DNA of 64,000 bases, taken from contig JAUCBJ010006864.1 in assembly GCA_032718475.1 (NCBI GenBank), forward strand, positions 1 through 64,000, written 5' to 3'. The stretch is from Nemertoderma westbladi. Lineage: Eukaryota > Animalia > Xenacoelomorpha. The notes beneath the pieces were generated by a model, which had not been told where the DNA came from, did not search any database, and saw nothing but the letters and a program-made list of their open reading frames with translations. A program made the position numbers and the translations under genes. Of the stretch, positions 11,959-22,903 are shown piece by piece; the first letter of the stretch is position 1; every line of letters starts with the position of its first letter.

Positions 11959-14900
11959 TATTCTGTTTTTATCCCTGAGTCAGACTACAGCCAGACAGCA
12001 CAATGTCCCCGCTCTTAATCTCCACAGTTTTCATCGTTCTGGGTCGTTTCGTTGTGGCAGAACCATCCGATCCGCGGGGTAACCCTGCAACCCACCCAAT
12101 ACCCGTATTGGACTGGTTTGCGGAACACCCTGCCGCTACCGTTTCGAACTGCCGCGCCGAATCGACGGAGATGTGGTCGACGAGTGGATTTAGCCTCTAC
12201 TGCTCTCGTCGGGGAAGAAGATCTTGGGTCTCCTCTCCACGATCTAGAGGCCTAATCGCTAAACTCTGTCTACTGTCTCTGGCTGGGGATATTGAGACCA
12301 ACCCAGGACCCAGCAGGACGCGGGCCCCGAAGATCAACTGTCCCGTCTGTCAACGAGGAACAAACTCTCGGAGTAAGATCGTCCAATGCGAGAGTTGTGA
12401 CACATTTGTACATTTAAAATGTTACCGTAGGAAACGCAGTAATTTATTCTCCGCCAGAAACAACCTTGAACCAAGTTTTCTCTGCAATAGCTGTATTTTT
12501 ACCGAACTTCCCTTTCATGATACAATTTTAGAATCAGAAACCGACGATTCATTTCTCACATCGCCTCTGCAAACTCCAAGTGATGCTGAGAGTGAAACTT
12601 TTAATTTTTTTAAGAAAAAAGGTCTGCATTTTTTGCACTTAAACGCACGATCTCTGCTTCCAAAACTTTCCGAAATTCGTATTTTAATCAATAAATCCAA
12701 CCCAGCAGTTTTAACAATCTCTGAAACTTGGCTCGATGATAGTGTTTCTGATGGAGAAATTTATATTGATAATTACGTAGTTTTACGTAAGGATAGGGAC
12801 AGACACGGTGGTGGTGTCTGTACTTACATTCGATGTGATTTAGCTTTTAATCGTAGGGAAGATTTAGAGACTTGTGACGAAGTTTTACTGGTGGAACTTT
12901 TACTTCCTAAAACTAAACCTATTTTAATCGGTACTTTATATCGGCCCCCTAAACAATCAGATTTTTTGCAAAATTTTGAAAATACAATTTTATGTAATCT
13001 TAGGTCAGACTGTGAAATATATTTCTTAGGTGATTTTAATATCTGTTACCATCACAAAGCATCCCCCATCTGTAAACAGTACCAAAGTATTTTAAATTTG
13101 TTTGGTTTAAAACAAATTATTCGAGATTCTACCAGAATTACCAGTAAAACTTCTACTTTACTAGATCACATCCTTTGTAATAATACCGATATTATTTCTC
13201 AATCTGGGGTTTTACCTATAGGTCTAAGCGATCATTTTATAGTTTTTTGCACAAGAAAGACACAAAAATCTTTTTTCGGGGATCATAAAACAGTAACAGT
13301 TAGGTCTATGAAAAATTACAGCAAGGAACGCTTTTTAAGTTTGTTAGTTAATTCTGACTGGGAACCCTGTTTTAAGGCCGCTGACATTAACCTTGCGTAC
13401 ACTGTTTTTAAAGATATATTTTTAAAGGCACTTAATACTGTAGCACCAATTAAAGAAATTAGTCTTAAACAACGCACTGAGCCCTGGATGACCTCGGGTA
13501 TTCTTAGTAATATCAGAGAAAGAGATAACTATTTGTATAAATTTAGGAAATACCGTGTTTTAGCTGATTATAATAATTACTACAAATATAGAAACCTTTT
13601 CCAACGGGAAATAAAAAAAGCTAAATCTGAATATTTGTACAACAAAATAAGTGAGAATAAAGATAATCCTAAAAGTCTATGGTCTACCCTAAAATCTTTA
13701 GGTTATAAAAACCTTAAATCTAAATCGAATATTGTTCTGCAAGATAACGGTGAGCTGATTCATGATCATACTCTAGTTAGTAATTTATTTAATAATTATT
13801 TTACTAATGTTGCCTCTAATTTAGTTAAGAAATTACCGTTATCAAGTAATAAATATAGTATAGGGTCCGAAACTCTAAATAATTTTTATTTAGAAAAGTT
13901 ACAAAATTCAGAAAAGTTATTTTTAAAACCCGTTTCTGAGGATTTCGTTTTTAAAAATCTACTTAGCCTATCAGCCTCAAAAAGTACCGGTCTAGATCTA
14001 ATACCTGCCCGTTTTCTTAAGGATGGTGCTGAAGTACTTAAAGTGCCTATTACTTTTATTATTAATTACTCTATCGTAGATAATGTAGTACCAGACGAAC
14101 TGAAATTAGCTAAGGTTGTTCCTCTGTATAAAAAGAATAGTAAAGTAGAACCCTGTAATTACAGACCTGTTAGTATCTTAAGTATTGTATCTAAAATTCT
14201 AGAACGTTCTGTTTTTCTACAGCTGGAGGCACATCTTAGTAGGCTAAATCTGATCTATGAACTTCAGTCCGGTTTTCGTAAATCATATTCTACAGACACC
14301 TGTCTTATTAACTTAACTGATACAATTAGATGTAATAACGCAAAGGGTTTATATACTGGTATGGTAATGTTGGACCTACAAAAGGCTTTCGATACTGTAG
14401 ATCACGAAATTCTGCTTGGTAAGTTAGGCCTGATGGGTGTAGGTTCTATAGACTGGTTCAAGTCCTACCTGTCAGACAGAGGTCAAACTGTAGTCATTAG
14501 CAAATCGCTGTCTACTGTACAAGAGATTACCTGTGGTGTACCGCAAGGTAGTATATTAGGTCCTCTGCTTTTTGTATGCTATGTAAATGATATGATAAGT
14601 AGTATAGATCCCGATTTTAAACTCATTTTATATGCCGACGACAGTGCTCTTATTTTCTCTCATAAAGATCCTATCCATATTTCCCAAAAGTTAAGTGCAG
14701 TTCTAGAATCCTGTAATGAGTGGTTGGTTGATAATAAGCTATCCATTCACTACGGTAAAACTGAAAGTATTTTGTTTGGTTCCAAAAGAAAGTTAAAGAA
14801 GGTAACTAAGTTTGAAGTCACTAGTAATGGACATAAGATTGAAAATAAAAAGGAAGTTAAATATTTAGGCGCCACATTGGATAACTGCTTATCAGGAGAA

Positions 14901-15828
14901 AGTACAGTGAAAAATATTTTCTCGAAAGTTAACAGTAGGCTTAGGTTTCTATACAGAAATAAAAATAGTTTGAACACCGACTCCCGCAAGTTACTTTGCT
15001 CTTCTTTAATACAGTGTCACATGGACTATGCGTGCTCTTCTTGGTATGAAGGCTTAACCAAACAGCTTAAATGTAAATTACAAGTAGCTCAGAATAAAGT
15101 AGTACGATTTATTAAAGACTACAAACCTAGGCACCACCTAACTCCAGATGACTTTTCTGAATCTGGACTACTTAACTTAGATAGTAGAGTTAAGCAGCTA
15201 CGCCTTAACCATGTGCATAAAGTGTATAATGGTAAATGTCCCAATTACCTAAAACAAAAATTCAACAGAGTACGCGATACACACTCTTACAGTACCAGAG
15301 CTAGTGCTTCAAACTTCTACCTCCCGAATTGTAAATCCTTTGAATCTGATACTTTCTTTTTTAACGGCATAAAAAATTGGAACGCTCTGCCTAATGAAAT
15401 TAAAAACCTAAATAATCAACATTCTTTTAAATCTGCAGTTAAATCTCATCTCCGTGTGCAATGTAAAAATAGGTACAATAGTCCTACAGTAAGTTATTAG
15501 TTTATTAATTATTTACAATTTATACTGTAATTACGTTTTATAATAAATTGTTCTGTACATTACATCTTTATCGTTGAGTCGGGCATTGTCACGCTCTCGG
15601 TAAAGTTGTACATGTACGTAGTGTAATTACGTTTTATATTGGTTTTAGGTTAGCGTAGTGTAATATTGTATTTGTAACCAAGTAACATAAAGGACCCCCT
15701 TGGAAATAAGCTTCAAAGCTTTAGGGGTAATCCTATATGTTATGTTGGACAATACCTTTATACCGGTACATTGTTTGGTGTATTTGTTATTGTTTTTACA
15801 TAATGTATAAATAAATCTATCTATCTAT
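11959..15828 (+). mobile_element. CR1/L2-group LINE (Crack-like 3' end) inserted in BEL gag
   Basis: Flanked by aaca (11955-11958, 15829-15832); removal restores the gag frame; 3' stem-loop ggaccccc...gggg.aatcc, aataaa and (atct)n tail. Confidence 0.92.
12003..15500 (+). CDS. LINE polyprotein: 2A-like peptide, PHD finger, APE endonuclease, reverse transcriptase (1165 aa, uninterrupted)
   Basis: GDIETNPGP; CPVC..CESC..H..C..CNSC; HLNARSL, SETWL, GDFN, LDH, SDH; [27 protein letters not shown]. Confidence 0.95.
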   Translation: MSPLLISTVFIVLGRFVVAEPSDPRGNPATHPIPVLDWFAEHPAATVSNCRAESTEMWSTSGFSLYCSRRGRRSWVSSPRSRGLIAKLCLLSLAGDIETNPGPSRTRAPKINCPVCQRGTNSRSKIVQCESCDTFVHLKCYRRKRSNLFSARNNLEPSFLCNSCIFTELPFHDTILESETDDSFLTSPLQTPSDAESETFNFFKKKGLHFLHLNARSLLPKLSEIRILINKSNPAVLTISETWLDDSVSDGEIYIDNYVVLRKDRDRHGGGVCTYIRCDLAFNRREDLETCDEVLLVELLLPKTKPILIGTLYRPPKQSDFLQNFENTILCNLRSDCEIYFLGDFNICYHHKASPICKQYQSILNLFGLKQIIRDSTRITSKTSTLLDHILCNNTDIISQSGVLPIGLSDHFIVFCTRKTQKSFFGDHKTVTVRSMKNYSKERFLSLLVNSDWEPCFKAADINLAYTVFKDIFLKALNTVAPIKEISLKQRTEPWMTSGILSNIRERDNYLYKFRKYRVLADYNNYYKYRNLFQREIKKAKSEYLYNKISENKDNPKSLWSTLKSLGYKNLKSKSNIVLQDNGELIHDHTLVSNLFNNYFTNVASNLVKKLPLSSNKYSIGSETLNNFYLEKLQNSEKLFLKPVSEDFVFKNLLSLSASKSTGLDLIPARFLKDGAEVLKVPITFIINYSIVDNVVPDELKLAKVVPLYKKNSKVEPCNYRPVSILSIVSKILERSVFLQLEAHLSRLNLIYELQSGFRKSYSTDTCLINLTDTIRCNNAKGLYTGMVMLDLQKAFDTVDHEILLGKLGLMGVGSIDWFKSYLSDRGQTVVISKSLSTVQEITCGVPQGSILGPLLFVCYVNDMISSIDPDFKLILYADDSALIFSHKDPIHISQKLSAVLESCNEWLVDNKLSIHYGKTESILFGSKRKLKKVTKFEVTSNGHKIENKKEVKYLGATLDNCLSGESTVKNIFSKVNSRLRFLYRNKNSLNTDSRKLLCSSLIQCHMDYACSSWYEGLTKQLKCKLQVAQNKVVRFIKDYKPRHHLTPDDFSESGLLNLDSRVKQLRLNHVHKVYNGKCPNYLKQKFNRVRDTHSYSTRASASNFYLPNCKSFESDTFFFNGIKNWNALPNEIKNLNNQHSFKSAVKSHLRVQCKNRYNSPTVSY

Positions 15829-16070
15829 AACAACATCATTATTCTGTAAATTGTCAAACAATACACGATACTTCACAAAGGAAAGCAATATTAGACAGGA
15901 AAGCATTATGTTATAATTGCTTTGGTTCAGGACATCTTGCTAGAGATTGTACACGAATTAAGCCGTGCTATAACTGTAAGAGAACTGGTCACCATCAATC
16001 AATTTGTACAAGAGTACAACGTGGTCCAAGTGTCCAACAACCAAAAGGTCAAGGTAGTAGTAGTCATAGT

Positions 16071-18311
16071 ATGTTGGTTGGCACAAATCAGATAACCGTT
16101 AAGGGTGATCCAGAGTTTAATGATATAAATGATTCAACAGGTTCAACAACATTGACAGTTCAAGTCGCCAGCTTGGATATAACAGTTAGTGGTATACTTC
16201 AAACGGCTGTAGTCAACTGTCAACCGGTTCACAATACAACAACTTCATTTCAGGTAAACACATTTCTTGATCCTGGTAGTGAAAGATCATTCATTGTTCG
16301 GGAGACGGTACTGAAATATAAATTACCTATAGTAGGGAAGCAAGTCATTAACATTAACAGTTTCCAAGGTCATGAAGGTAAAGAGAGAGATATTCAGTCT
16401 CTAGATATTGCGCAAATTACATTAATACTACGCAACAGCACAATTTTGGTTGTACAAGCATTAGTTGTAGGGGAAATTTGTAAACCATTACAAAGTAAGT
16501 TGTCAGCTGAATCTCTTCAGAACCGTATTGGTTCATGTTTTCACTCACTCGGTCTTTCTGACTGTTCATTGGCTAACCCAGACAAGGATCAAAGACACGA
16601 CTTTAGTGTAAATCTATTAATCGGTTCAGACTTCTATTGGGACATTGTAACAGGAAAAACATTCCGTATTTCAGGTACAGGTTTGGTCGCCCTTGACTCG
16701 GGTGTTGGTTGGCTACTTTCTGGGAAAGTGCAACGAAGTTACGAGTTCTCAAATTATGACAACAATTTGCAAGACAACACGTGTATGCTAATCAGTTCCA
16801 CTTGTCAGATAGACCAGATTGACAAACTTGACACTGAAGCTGAAAACGACAATTTTCAAGACATACTCAAAGGCTTTTGGGCAGTAGAAAGTTTGGGTAA
16901 CGAGCAAATGGAAAGTGACGACACGTTTAAACCAGTTCTAAACATAAAGTTTAAAAGCAACGGACATTATTCTGTAAGTTTGCCTTGGAAATTAAATCCG
17001 ACAAATTTGACTGACCATTATTCATTGTGTTATAAACAATTATACTCTTTAATCCGCCGTTTACAAAAAACTGGTTTGCTTGAAAAATACGACAGTGTAA
17101 TCCGGGATCATATAGCAAAGGGGTATATTGAACCAGTAAGTTGTGATCAAACGGGTTCAGTAATTCATTACATTCCCCATCATGGTGTAGTACGGGAGGA
17201 ACGGGAATCCACTAAGCTTAGGGTGGTATTCAATGCCTCAGCACGCGCACATTGCAAAGATATGTCATTAAATGAATGCCTTTTAAAAGGACCAAATCTC
17301 ATCCCACATTTATTAGATGTGTTACGAGGTTTTAGGGATAAACGAATAGCTATAACAGCAGATATTGAACAGGCATCCTTACAATGCGAAATTAATCATT
17401 CTGACAGGGATTGCCTTAGATTTCTGTGGGTACCATCACTAGATAATATCAATATAGATAATTTAGTTATTCAAGGGTACAGGTACACACGAGCTCTGTT
17501 TGGATTGATATGCTCACCAAATATACTTGCAGAAACTTTATTTCATCATCTAGAATTGGAAAAGAAGAAAACTGTAACGCAGTCTCAACTGGTTACTATC
17601 AAGAAGTTACAGAAGTTGTATGTAGACGACTTAGGAACAGGAGTAGATACCGTAGAGGAAGGAGTACAATTCATGAAAGAGGCCTGCTCAATCATGAAAT
17701 CAGGTGGATTTAACATACGTAGATGGGTTTCTAACTCATTACAATTACAGACAGAATTTGACAAAGAAACACTCAACAAATGTAACCAAGTTTTGGACAT
17801 AACAAAATTTCAGGAGGAAGATCAGACATACGCAAAGTCTTCTCTGTACCTGCCGCTGGTTCAACCAGCCCAGGTGAAACGAATCTTAGGACAATGCTGG
17901 CATGTGGAAAAAGACACATTCGGGTTTGACGTAACGTCAGTATACGACTATGTAAAATTGTTACCCAAAAATAAAAGGGCAGTGTTACAGTTATCAGCAC
18001 GCCTATATGACCCATTGGGCGCTCTGATACCATTCACAAGCCAAATGAAAGCCGAATTCCAAACATTATGTAAAACAACAAAAAATTGGAATGAACCACT
18101 TTCGTTGGCTTTAACTGAAAATGGCAAAGATGGGTTGACAGTTTATTATCCCTCAATAAAGTTTCATTTCCGAGATGCGTGTTTAACAAAACAAATACTA
18201 TTAAAGATTTTGAATTGCATGGTTTTTCAGATGCCAGCAAGTCAATTTATGCAGGAGTGCTTTACGTTCGGACAGTGTACACTGATATGTCAACCACAGT
18301 ATCCTTTTTAA
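16071..18311 (+). CDS. BEL/Pao pol fragment (aspartic protease + RT)
   Basis: DPGSERSF, LLIGSDFYW, YIPHHGV, KLRVVFNAS, ADIEQA, FGL..SP, LYVDD, YDPLG. Confidence 0.9.
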   Translation: MLVGTNQITVKGDPEFNDINDSTGSTTLTVQVASLDITVSGILQTAVVNCQPVHNTTTSFQVNTFLDPGSERSFIVRETVLKYKLPIVGKQVININSFQGHEGKERDIQSLDIAQITLILRNSTILVVQALVVGEICKPLQSKLSAESLQNRIGSCFHSLGLSDCSLANPDKDQRHDFSVNLLIGSDFYWDIVTGKTFRISGTGLVALDSGVGWLLSGKVQRSYEFSNYDNNLQDNTCMLISSTCQIDQIDKLDTEAENDNFQDILKGFWAVESLGNEQMESDDTFKPVLNIKFKSNGHYSVSLPWKLNPTNLTDHYSLCYKQLYSLIRRLQKTGLLEKYDSVIRDHIAKGYIEPVSCDQTGSVIHYIPHHGVVREERESTKLRVVFNASARAHCKDMSLNECLLKGPNLIPHLLDVLRGFRDKRIAITADIEQASLQCEINHSDRDCLRFLWVPSLDNINIDNLVIQGYRYTRALFGLICSPNILAETLFHHLELEKKKTVTQSQLVTIKKLQKLYVDDLGTGVDTVEEGVQFMKEACSIMKSGGFNIRRWVSNSLQLQTEFDKETLNKCNQVLDITKFQEEDQTYAKSSLYLPLVQPAQVKRILGQCWHVEKDTFGFDVTSVYDYVKLLPKNKRAVLQLSARLYDPLGALIPFTSQMKAEFQTLCKTTKNWNEPLSLALTENGKDGLTVYYPSIKFHFRDACLTKQILLKILNCMVFQMPASQFMQECFTFGQCTLICQPQYPF

Positions 18312-18340
18312 TTGCTAAGTCAAAGGTGTGTCCACAACCA

Positions 18341-18823
18341 TGTTGACTTGCGGTGTGATGCGGTGTGTTGCGTAGTTGAATTGCGTTGCGTTAATAGTTT
18401 TACGTTCTTGTAATCAAAGCCATCTGATGTTTCTGATGTTTAGGTCAAAGTCTGAAACTTCCAACACAGAAGTACAGAAGAATTTCCAAGCAGTTCTCTC
18501 GCTCAGAAAGGTAAACAAAGACCGTAATGCATTGCGCGGTTTTCCGTAGGCCTCTGTACAAGATAAAATGAAAATCGCTCTGATTGGCTGAGCGAGCTGA
18601 ACAAAGAGATGTTCCACGTTTACAGTAAATCAGCTGACAGATTTCGTCATCTGAGTTCCAGTCCTTTAGAGTATTAGGCGCATTGCGGCAGAAAATGGCT
18701 TGTTATGTCCGCTAAAACACCCACACGGTACATTGCGGAGAAAATGGCTTGTTATGTCCGCTAAAACACCTACACGGTATATTGCGGAGAAAATGACTGG
18801 TTATATCCGCAAAAGCTTTTACA
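18341..18823 (-). mobile_element. Solo LTR related to the 43340/56456 LTR family
   Basis: Reverse complement starts tgtaaaagcttttgcgg and ends ..aca; shares ccaatcagagcgatt, cgcgcaatgcattacgg and tcagacttt blocks; internal ~49-bp tandem repeat; no TSD. Confidence 0.75.
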
Positions 18824-19012
18824 ATAAATCATAATTGTAAATTGTAATAATTGTATTGTAAATATGGAGGTAGCAGCAAACAGGCAGCTGAACAAGGTAA
18901 CCAAACGTCGCTTTCAAGTATTTTTTCAGTAAATCAGTTACCACTTAATATTTGATCGTCTGATGGCAAGCATCACCATCATCGCTCATATTAATATCCA
19001 TTGGCAAGCATT

Positions 19013-19436
19013 CACCCCTATTAATGTTTGTGCCCCTGATTAATGTGAACCCCTCATTAATGATTGTGTCCCTCATTAATGTTTGTGTCCCAGATTTATT
19101 TTAGTGTCTATGATTACTGTTTTACTCCCTCATTAATGTTTGTGTCCCTCATTAATGTTTGTGTCCCTCATTAATATTTGTCTCCCTGATTACTGTGTGT
19201 CCCTCATTAAAGATTGTATCCCTCGTTGATGTTTGTGCCCCTTATTAATGTAAGTCCCTCATTAATGTGTGTCCCTCATTAATGTTTGTGTCCCTTACCA
19301 ATGTGTGTCCCTGATTAATGTGTGTCCCTCATTAATGTTTGTGTCCCTCATTAATGTGTGTCCCTCATTAATGTTTGTGTCCCTCATTAATGTGTGTCCC
19401 TCATTAATGTTTGTGTCCCTCGTTAATATTTGTGCC
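19013..19436 (+). repeat. 17-19 bp satellite array (cattaatgtttgtgtccct)
   Basis: Visible tandem array; continues at 24835 after the nested insertions. Confidence 0.95.
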
Positions 19437-20530
19437 GGTAATGGTGAAAAATATCTATAATTATTTACCTGTTATTTTGTTGTTTTTCCGGTTGTTTTAA
19501 CCCAAGGAGTAGGAACTAGCCGAGGCGCAGCCGAGGCTTTCCTACTCCGAGGGTTTAAAACAACCGGAAAAACAACAAAATAACAGGTAAATAATTAAGT
19601 TGTTACATAACCTATTGAATTAAATATTTACTAATTACACAACTATTTTATAATAATTGCATTATTATAAACTTTTCAAGGTTGATTATTATAATATTAA
19701 GCAATGTATAAATTATTTCAAACAAAATTTTTCTAATATAAAACTGCACCACTGTTGGCTGTGCCCATGCCCAATACTATAACATTTCTAAAAGGGCATA
19801 GTTTTGGGGAGAGGATATAAAAAAGGGGCATGGTATTTTTGGGGGAAAAATAAAAACAAATAATATTATTTATTTTTACCGATTTAGGTGAGTGGCTTGG
19901 AAACATGCAATATGAAATTCAGAAAGAAAAACTGAACTTAGTAATAATTTCATAATTATTAGTAAACTTTTACTGACCGCTGGCTTCGTTTGACCTCTTT
20001 TCAGAGGTCCATGCTTTTCAAAAGGCCAGTCCACCGGGGAGTACAGTTTACATCCGCAAAAGTGATAAAAACTATATTCTCCAAAACTACCGCACTACCG
20101 GTACGAATTTTACCTAATCTCGAAAGCTTTAATCCGATCTCAAATCCTGTCTTGTTCAAATTATTTAATTCGTCCATTTTAAGTTGCTTCCACGAATGCC
20201 GATTATTTAAATTGTAATATTTTAACATGACCAACCTTTTAAAATTTCTTTATGTAGTAGTGACACTCACCCTCATTTGAATCTTATCATATTTATTATA
20301 ACAGTAAATTGACAAGATTAGTTCCATAGTTACTATTTGAATCAATCGATTAGAGAACCCCCCCCCCCCCCCCCCCTGCCCCTACAGTATTTATCTCCCC
20401 GGTAGTTAGCGTTTCTAGCCTTGCTATTACCTGTCCAAAGTCCAACCCAGGGCTCCCACCGGTGCTCAACAAAATAAAAACACAGCGAGGTCGAAATAAC
20501 GCAATGTATAGCCCTGGCCAACCAAACTTA

Positions 20531-21158
20531 GGCATCGGTACACCTTGTGCACACCCCCCTCAATTTCTTTACTAGCTATGTTTAAGCAGGTTTTTGCCTT
20601 TATTAATGTTCTAGAAATTATTAATGTTCTAGAAAATATATTGAAAATATATATATTTCAAAGAAAATATATTGAATTATTATGATAGCTAGTATATTTT
20701 TAACTAGCTAGTGTTTTTGTAAAAATAGGTAAAAACTTTCAGATTTTTTATATGAAATAATGTTCCAGAACGCAATCTACATTGTGGAAAAATTTATTTT
20801 TTTCATGGTAGCTAGTATTTTTTTAAATAGTAGCTATTTTGTAAAAATAGATTAAAATAAATTTTATTATTATCCTCTCTGTTGCAATATATTAACAGTA
20901 TTCGAGAATACTAGCTACTTTGATCTTAATTTTACTTTTTTGCCAATTTCTGCAGCATATAAGGCCTATCATCGACTAGGAAATATTAAAAAAGAAATTT
21001 TTGAAACACTAGCTAGTCCAAAAGTACTAGCTACCACAGAATGTCAAATATACTTTTTGTATGTCAATTATGTTCTAGAGCATAATTCAACAAAATATTG
21101 TTTTAAAAGATAGCTATTAAAAAAATTGTGGGGGGTGTGCACAAGGTGTACCGATGCC
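20531..21158. mobile_element. MITE with ~36-bp TIRs inserted in the Crypton
   Basis: ggcatcggtacaccttgtgcacacccccc and its reverse complement at 21130-21158; imperfect 8-bp flanks caaactta / caacgtta. Confidence 0.85.
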
Positions 21159-21466
21159 CAACGTTATTCTTTCACTCCGTGACACTAAACCCTTGATTAC
21201 ATATAAAAATTTAATTGTGGTAATAAGATATTTATATTTGCAAAAAATTACCAAGAAAGGCAACATAACGCCGAAACTTACACGCTAATTTAAAATTTAC
21301 TTTAAAATAAGTTTACTTATTTTACTATATTTTCTTGCGGGGTTTACTTTAAAAGTTTTTGAAATTAATTTCCTTTTAAAATTAACTTATTTTTTCATTT
21401 AAAATTAAAATTTACAATTTGCAATTTCTGTACAATTCAAGTTCCATTTAGCAACGTTAGTCTCTT

Positions 21467-22903
21467 TTAATCATCATTTTTTTTATTCATGTATACAGTG
21501 ACATTCCCGAATATCTTCGAATCCTTAAACACTGCCCGGATGCTATCTGTCTCACTCTCCACACTATTGCTGATGAAAGTCGATGAAACCGATCCTGATT
21601 CCGATCCCAAGCTCGTAGATGGTGTAACATCACTAGTTGCCGATGATCCCGACATGTAAAGGCTCAACTGACGACTCATTTCAAATTTCTTTGAAGTAGA
21701 TGGTCGAAGATAGGAAGTCGTTGTGGATAGATTTTTGTGCCCTAGCTGTTTCTGTGCTAGGTTAACTGGTTGGCCACCATCAACCAATGCTTGGGCTGCC
21801 GTTTTACGACAGCTAATAGGGGTAAGCTTCTTTCCTCCTTGTAACCCAGCTTTCGTTATTAGATTCCTAAACATTTTAGCGAATTGATGCTTTCCTACCG
21901 GTTGATCACAAAACCATTTTTCATTTGGCTTTGTGTTATGCTTTGGGCGTATGAAATATGGCTGCATACCATCTACCTTTCCATCGGGGAAACGTTTCAT
22001 CATGTAGAAATCATGAAGTGTAACTGCACACAGACTTCGATCCGCTTTATACTCATAAACACTTGGTGAAAATTCCCTGGGAGCCGAATCGCCGTGTCGC
22101 GTCTTTGTACTACGTTCCTTTAGTTTTAGGTAGTATACACCTTCTTCAGTGTTATAGTGCTTTGTTATATCGCCTACTAGTATTTTTCGCATCTCCTCGC
22201 CTGGACGAGCTCCAAACTGGGTTGTAAGTACGATATACAACGTTTCGAGTAGCATTTTTGGATTCTCCATACCAAGAAGCCCCTTTTCCCTCATAGCCTT
22301 GAAATCGCCTTCCTCCATCGGGTTACTGGCTCTTTCAAGATTTCCCTTACCAGCACTTTTCGTTTCCGCTAATCTAGTTTTTAGGATGTCTCTACTAAGA
22401 CGAAACTCAGGAAGTTCTAGCGCATTTCCTAACCCTAGATCTTTCAATTTGCGAAGGACTCCATAAAAATAGCTGCGCAAAGTCGTCGTTTCAACTTTTT
22501 CTCCCGTTTTTTTCTTATACTTACGGATAAATCCGTTGAAATGTTTTGCTAATTCCCCTCTTTTTGATTCCTCGCTCAGTTCTTCGATTGTTTCGCTGAC
22601 ATTGTTTATGTCGAGATATTTTCGAAATGCTGCGACAGCAACAGTGGTAGAATCAGCGGTATGGACGTTTCTGTTCGTTAATATGTACTCGTCATCAGTT
22701 TTGTCGTTTTGCGATAATCGAAGAGATGACTCATCCCTGAATCGTTTAGCTGGTGGTATAGGTTCATCATTTCCCAATGTGGAATCCACAGAAATTAAAT
22801 GATCATTATTGGCGTAGAAGAGATTTTCTAAACACACCAGATCAGCTAAATCGAAGTCATCCATGTCTAATCGGTTATACTGCAGTACTGGTTTGCAATA
22901 CAA
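21467..22903 (-). CDS. Crypton tyrosine recombinase (DUF3504-like), first ATG 22864
   Basis: FGARPGEE (R), STKTRHG (K), WF..QPVGK, TPISCRKT (xxxR), LGHKNLSTTTSY (H, Y); intronless open frame. Confidence 0.9.
   Translation of the reverse strand: MYCKPVLQYNRLDMDDFDLADLVCLENLFYANNDHLISVDSTLGNDEPIPPAKRFRDESSLRLSQNDKTDDEYILTNRNVHTADSTTVAVAAFRKYLDINNVSETIEELSEESKRGELAKHFNGFIRKYKKKTGEKVETTTLRSYFYGVLRKLKDLGLGNALELPEFRLSRDILKTRLAETKSAGKGNLERASNPMEEGDFKAMREKGLLGMENPKMLLETLYIVLTTQFGARPGEEMRKILVGDITKHYNTEEGVYYLKLKERSTKTRHGDSAPREFSPSVYEYKADRSLCAVTLHDFYMMKRFPDGKVDGMQPYFIRPKHNTKPNEKWFCDQPVGKHQFAKMFRNLITKAGLQGGKKLTPISCRKTAAQALVDGGQPVNLAQKQLGHKNLSTTTSYLRPSTSKKFEMSRQLSLYMSGSSATSDVTPSTSLGSESGSVSSTFISNSVESETDSIRAVFKDSKIFGNVTVYMNKKNDD

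Larger units (their letters stand above)
10560..18340 (+). mobile_element. BEL/Pao LTR retrotransposon, 3'-truncated and LINE-interrupted
   Basis: PBS-like tggcgcccga 10651-10660; gag from ATG 10829 (LPKLDRPVFSG, KLQHL..SL.GEA); CIFCK|QHHYSVNC knuckle split by the LINE; protease FLDPGSERS; RT YIPHHGV, LYVDD; frameshifted RNase H start ELHGFSDAS; cut off at 18340. Confidence 0.93.

Noticed and set aside
20001-20234. Possible exon of a second Crypton gene
   Set aside because: Short, stop-bounded and without a recognisable motif; cannot be supported without homology search.
21467-22903. Phage or bacterial integrase from contamination or horizontal transfer
   Set aside because: KTRHG and WF..QPVGK motifs fit eukaryotic Crypton/DUF3504 proteins, and it is nested in animal repeats.
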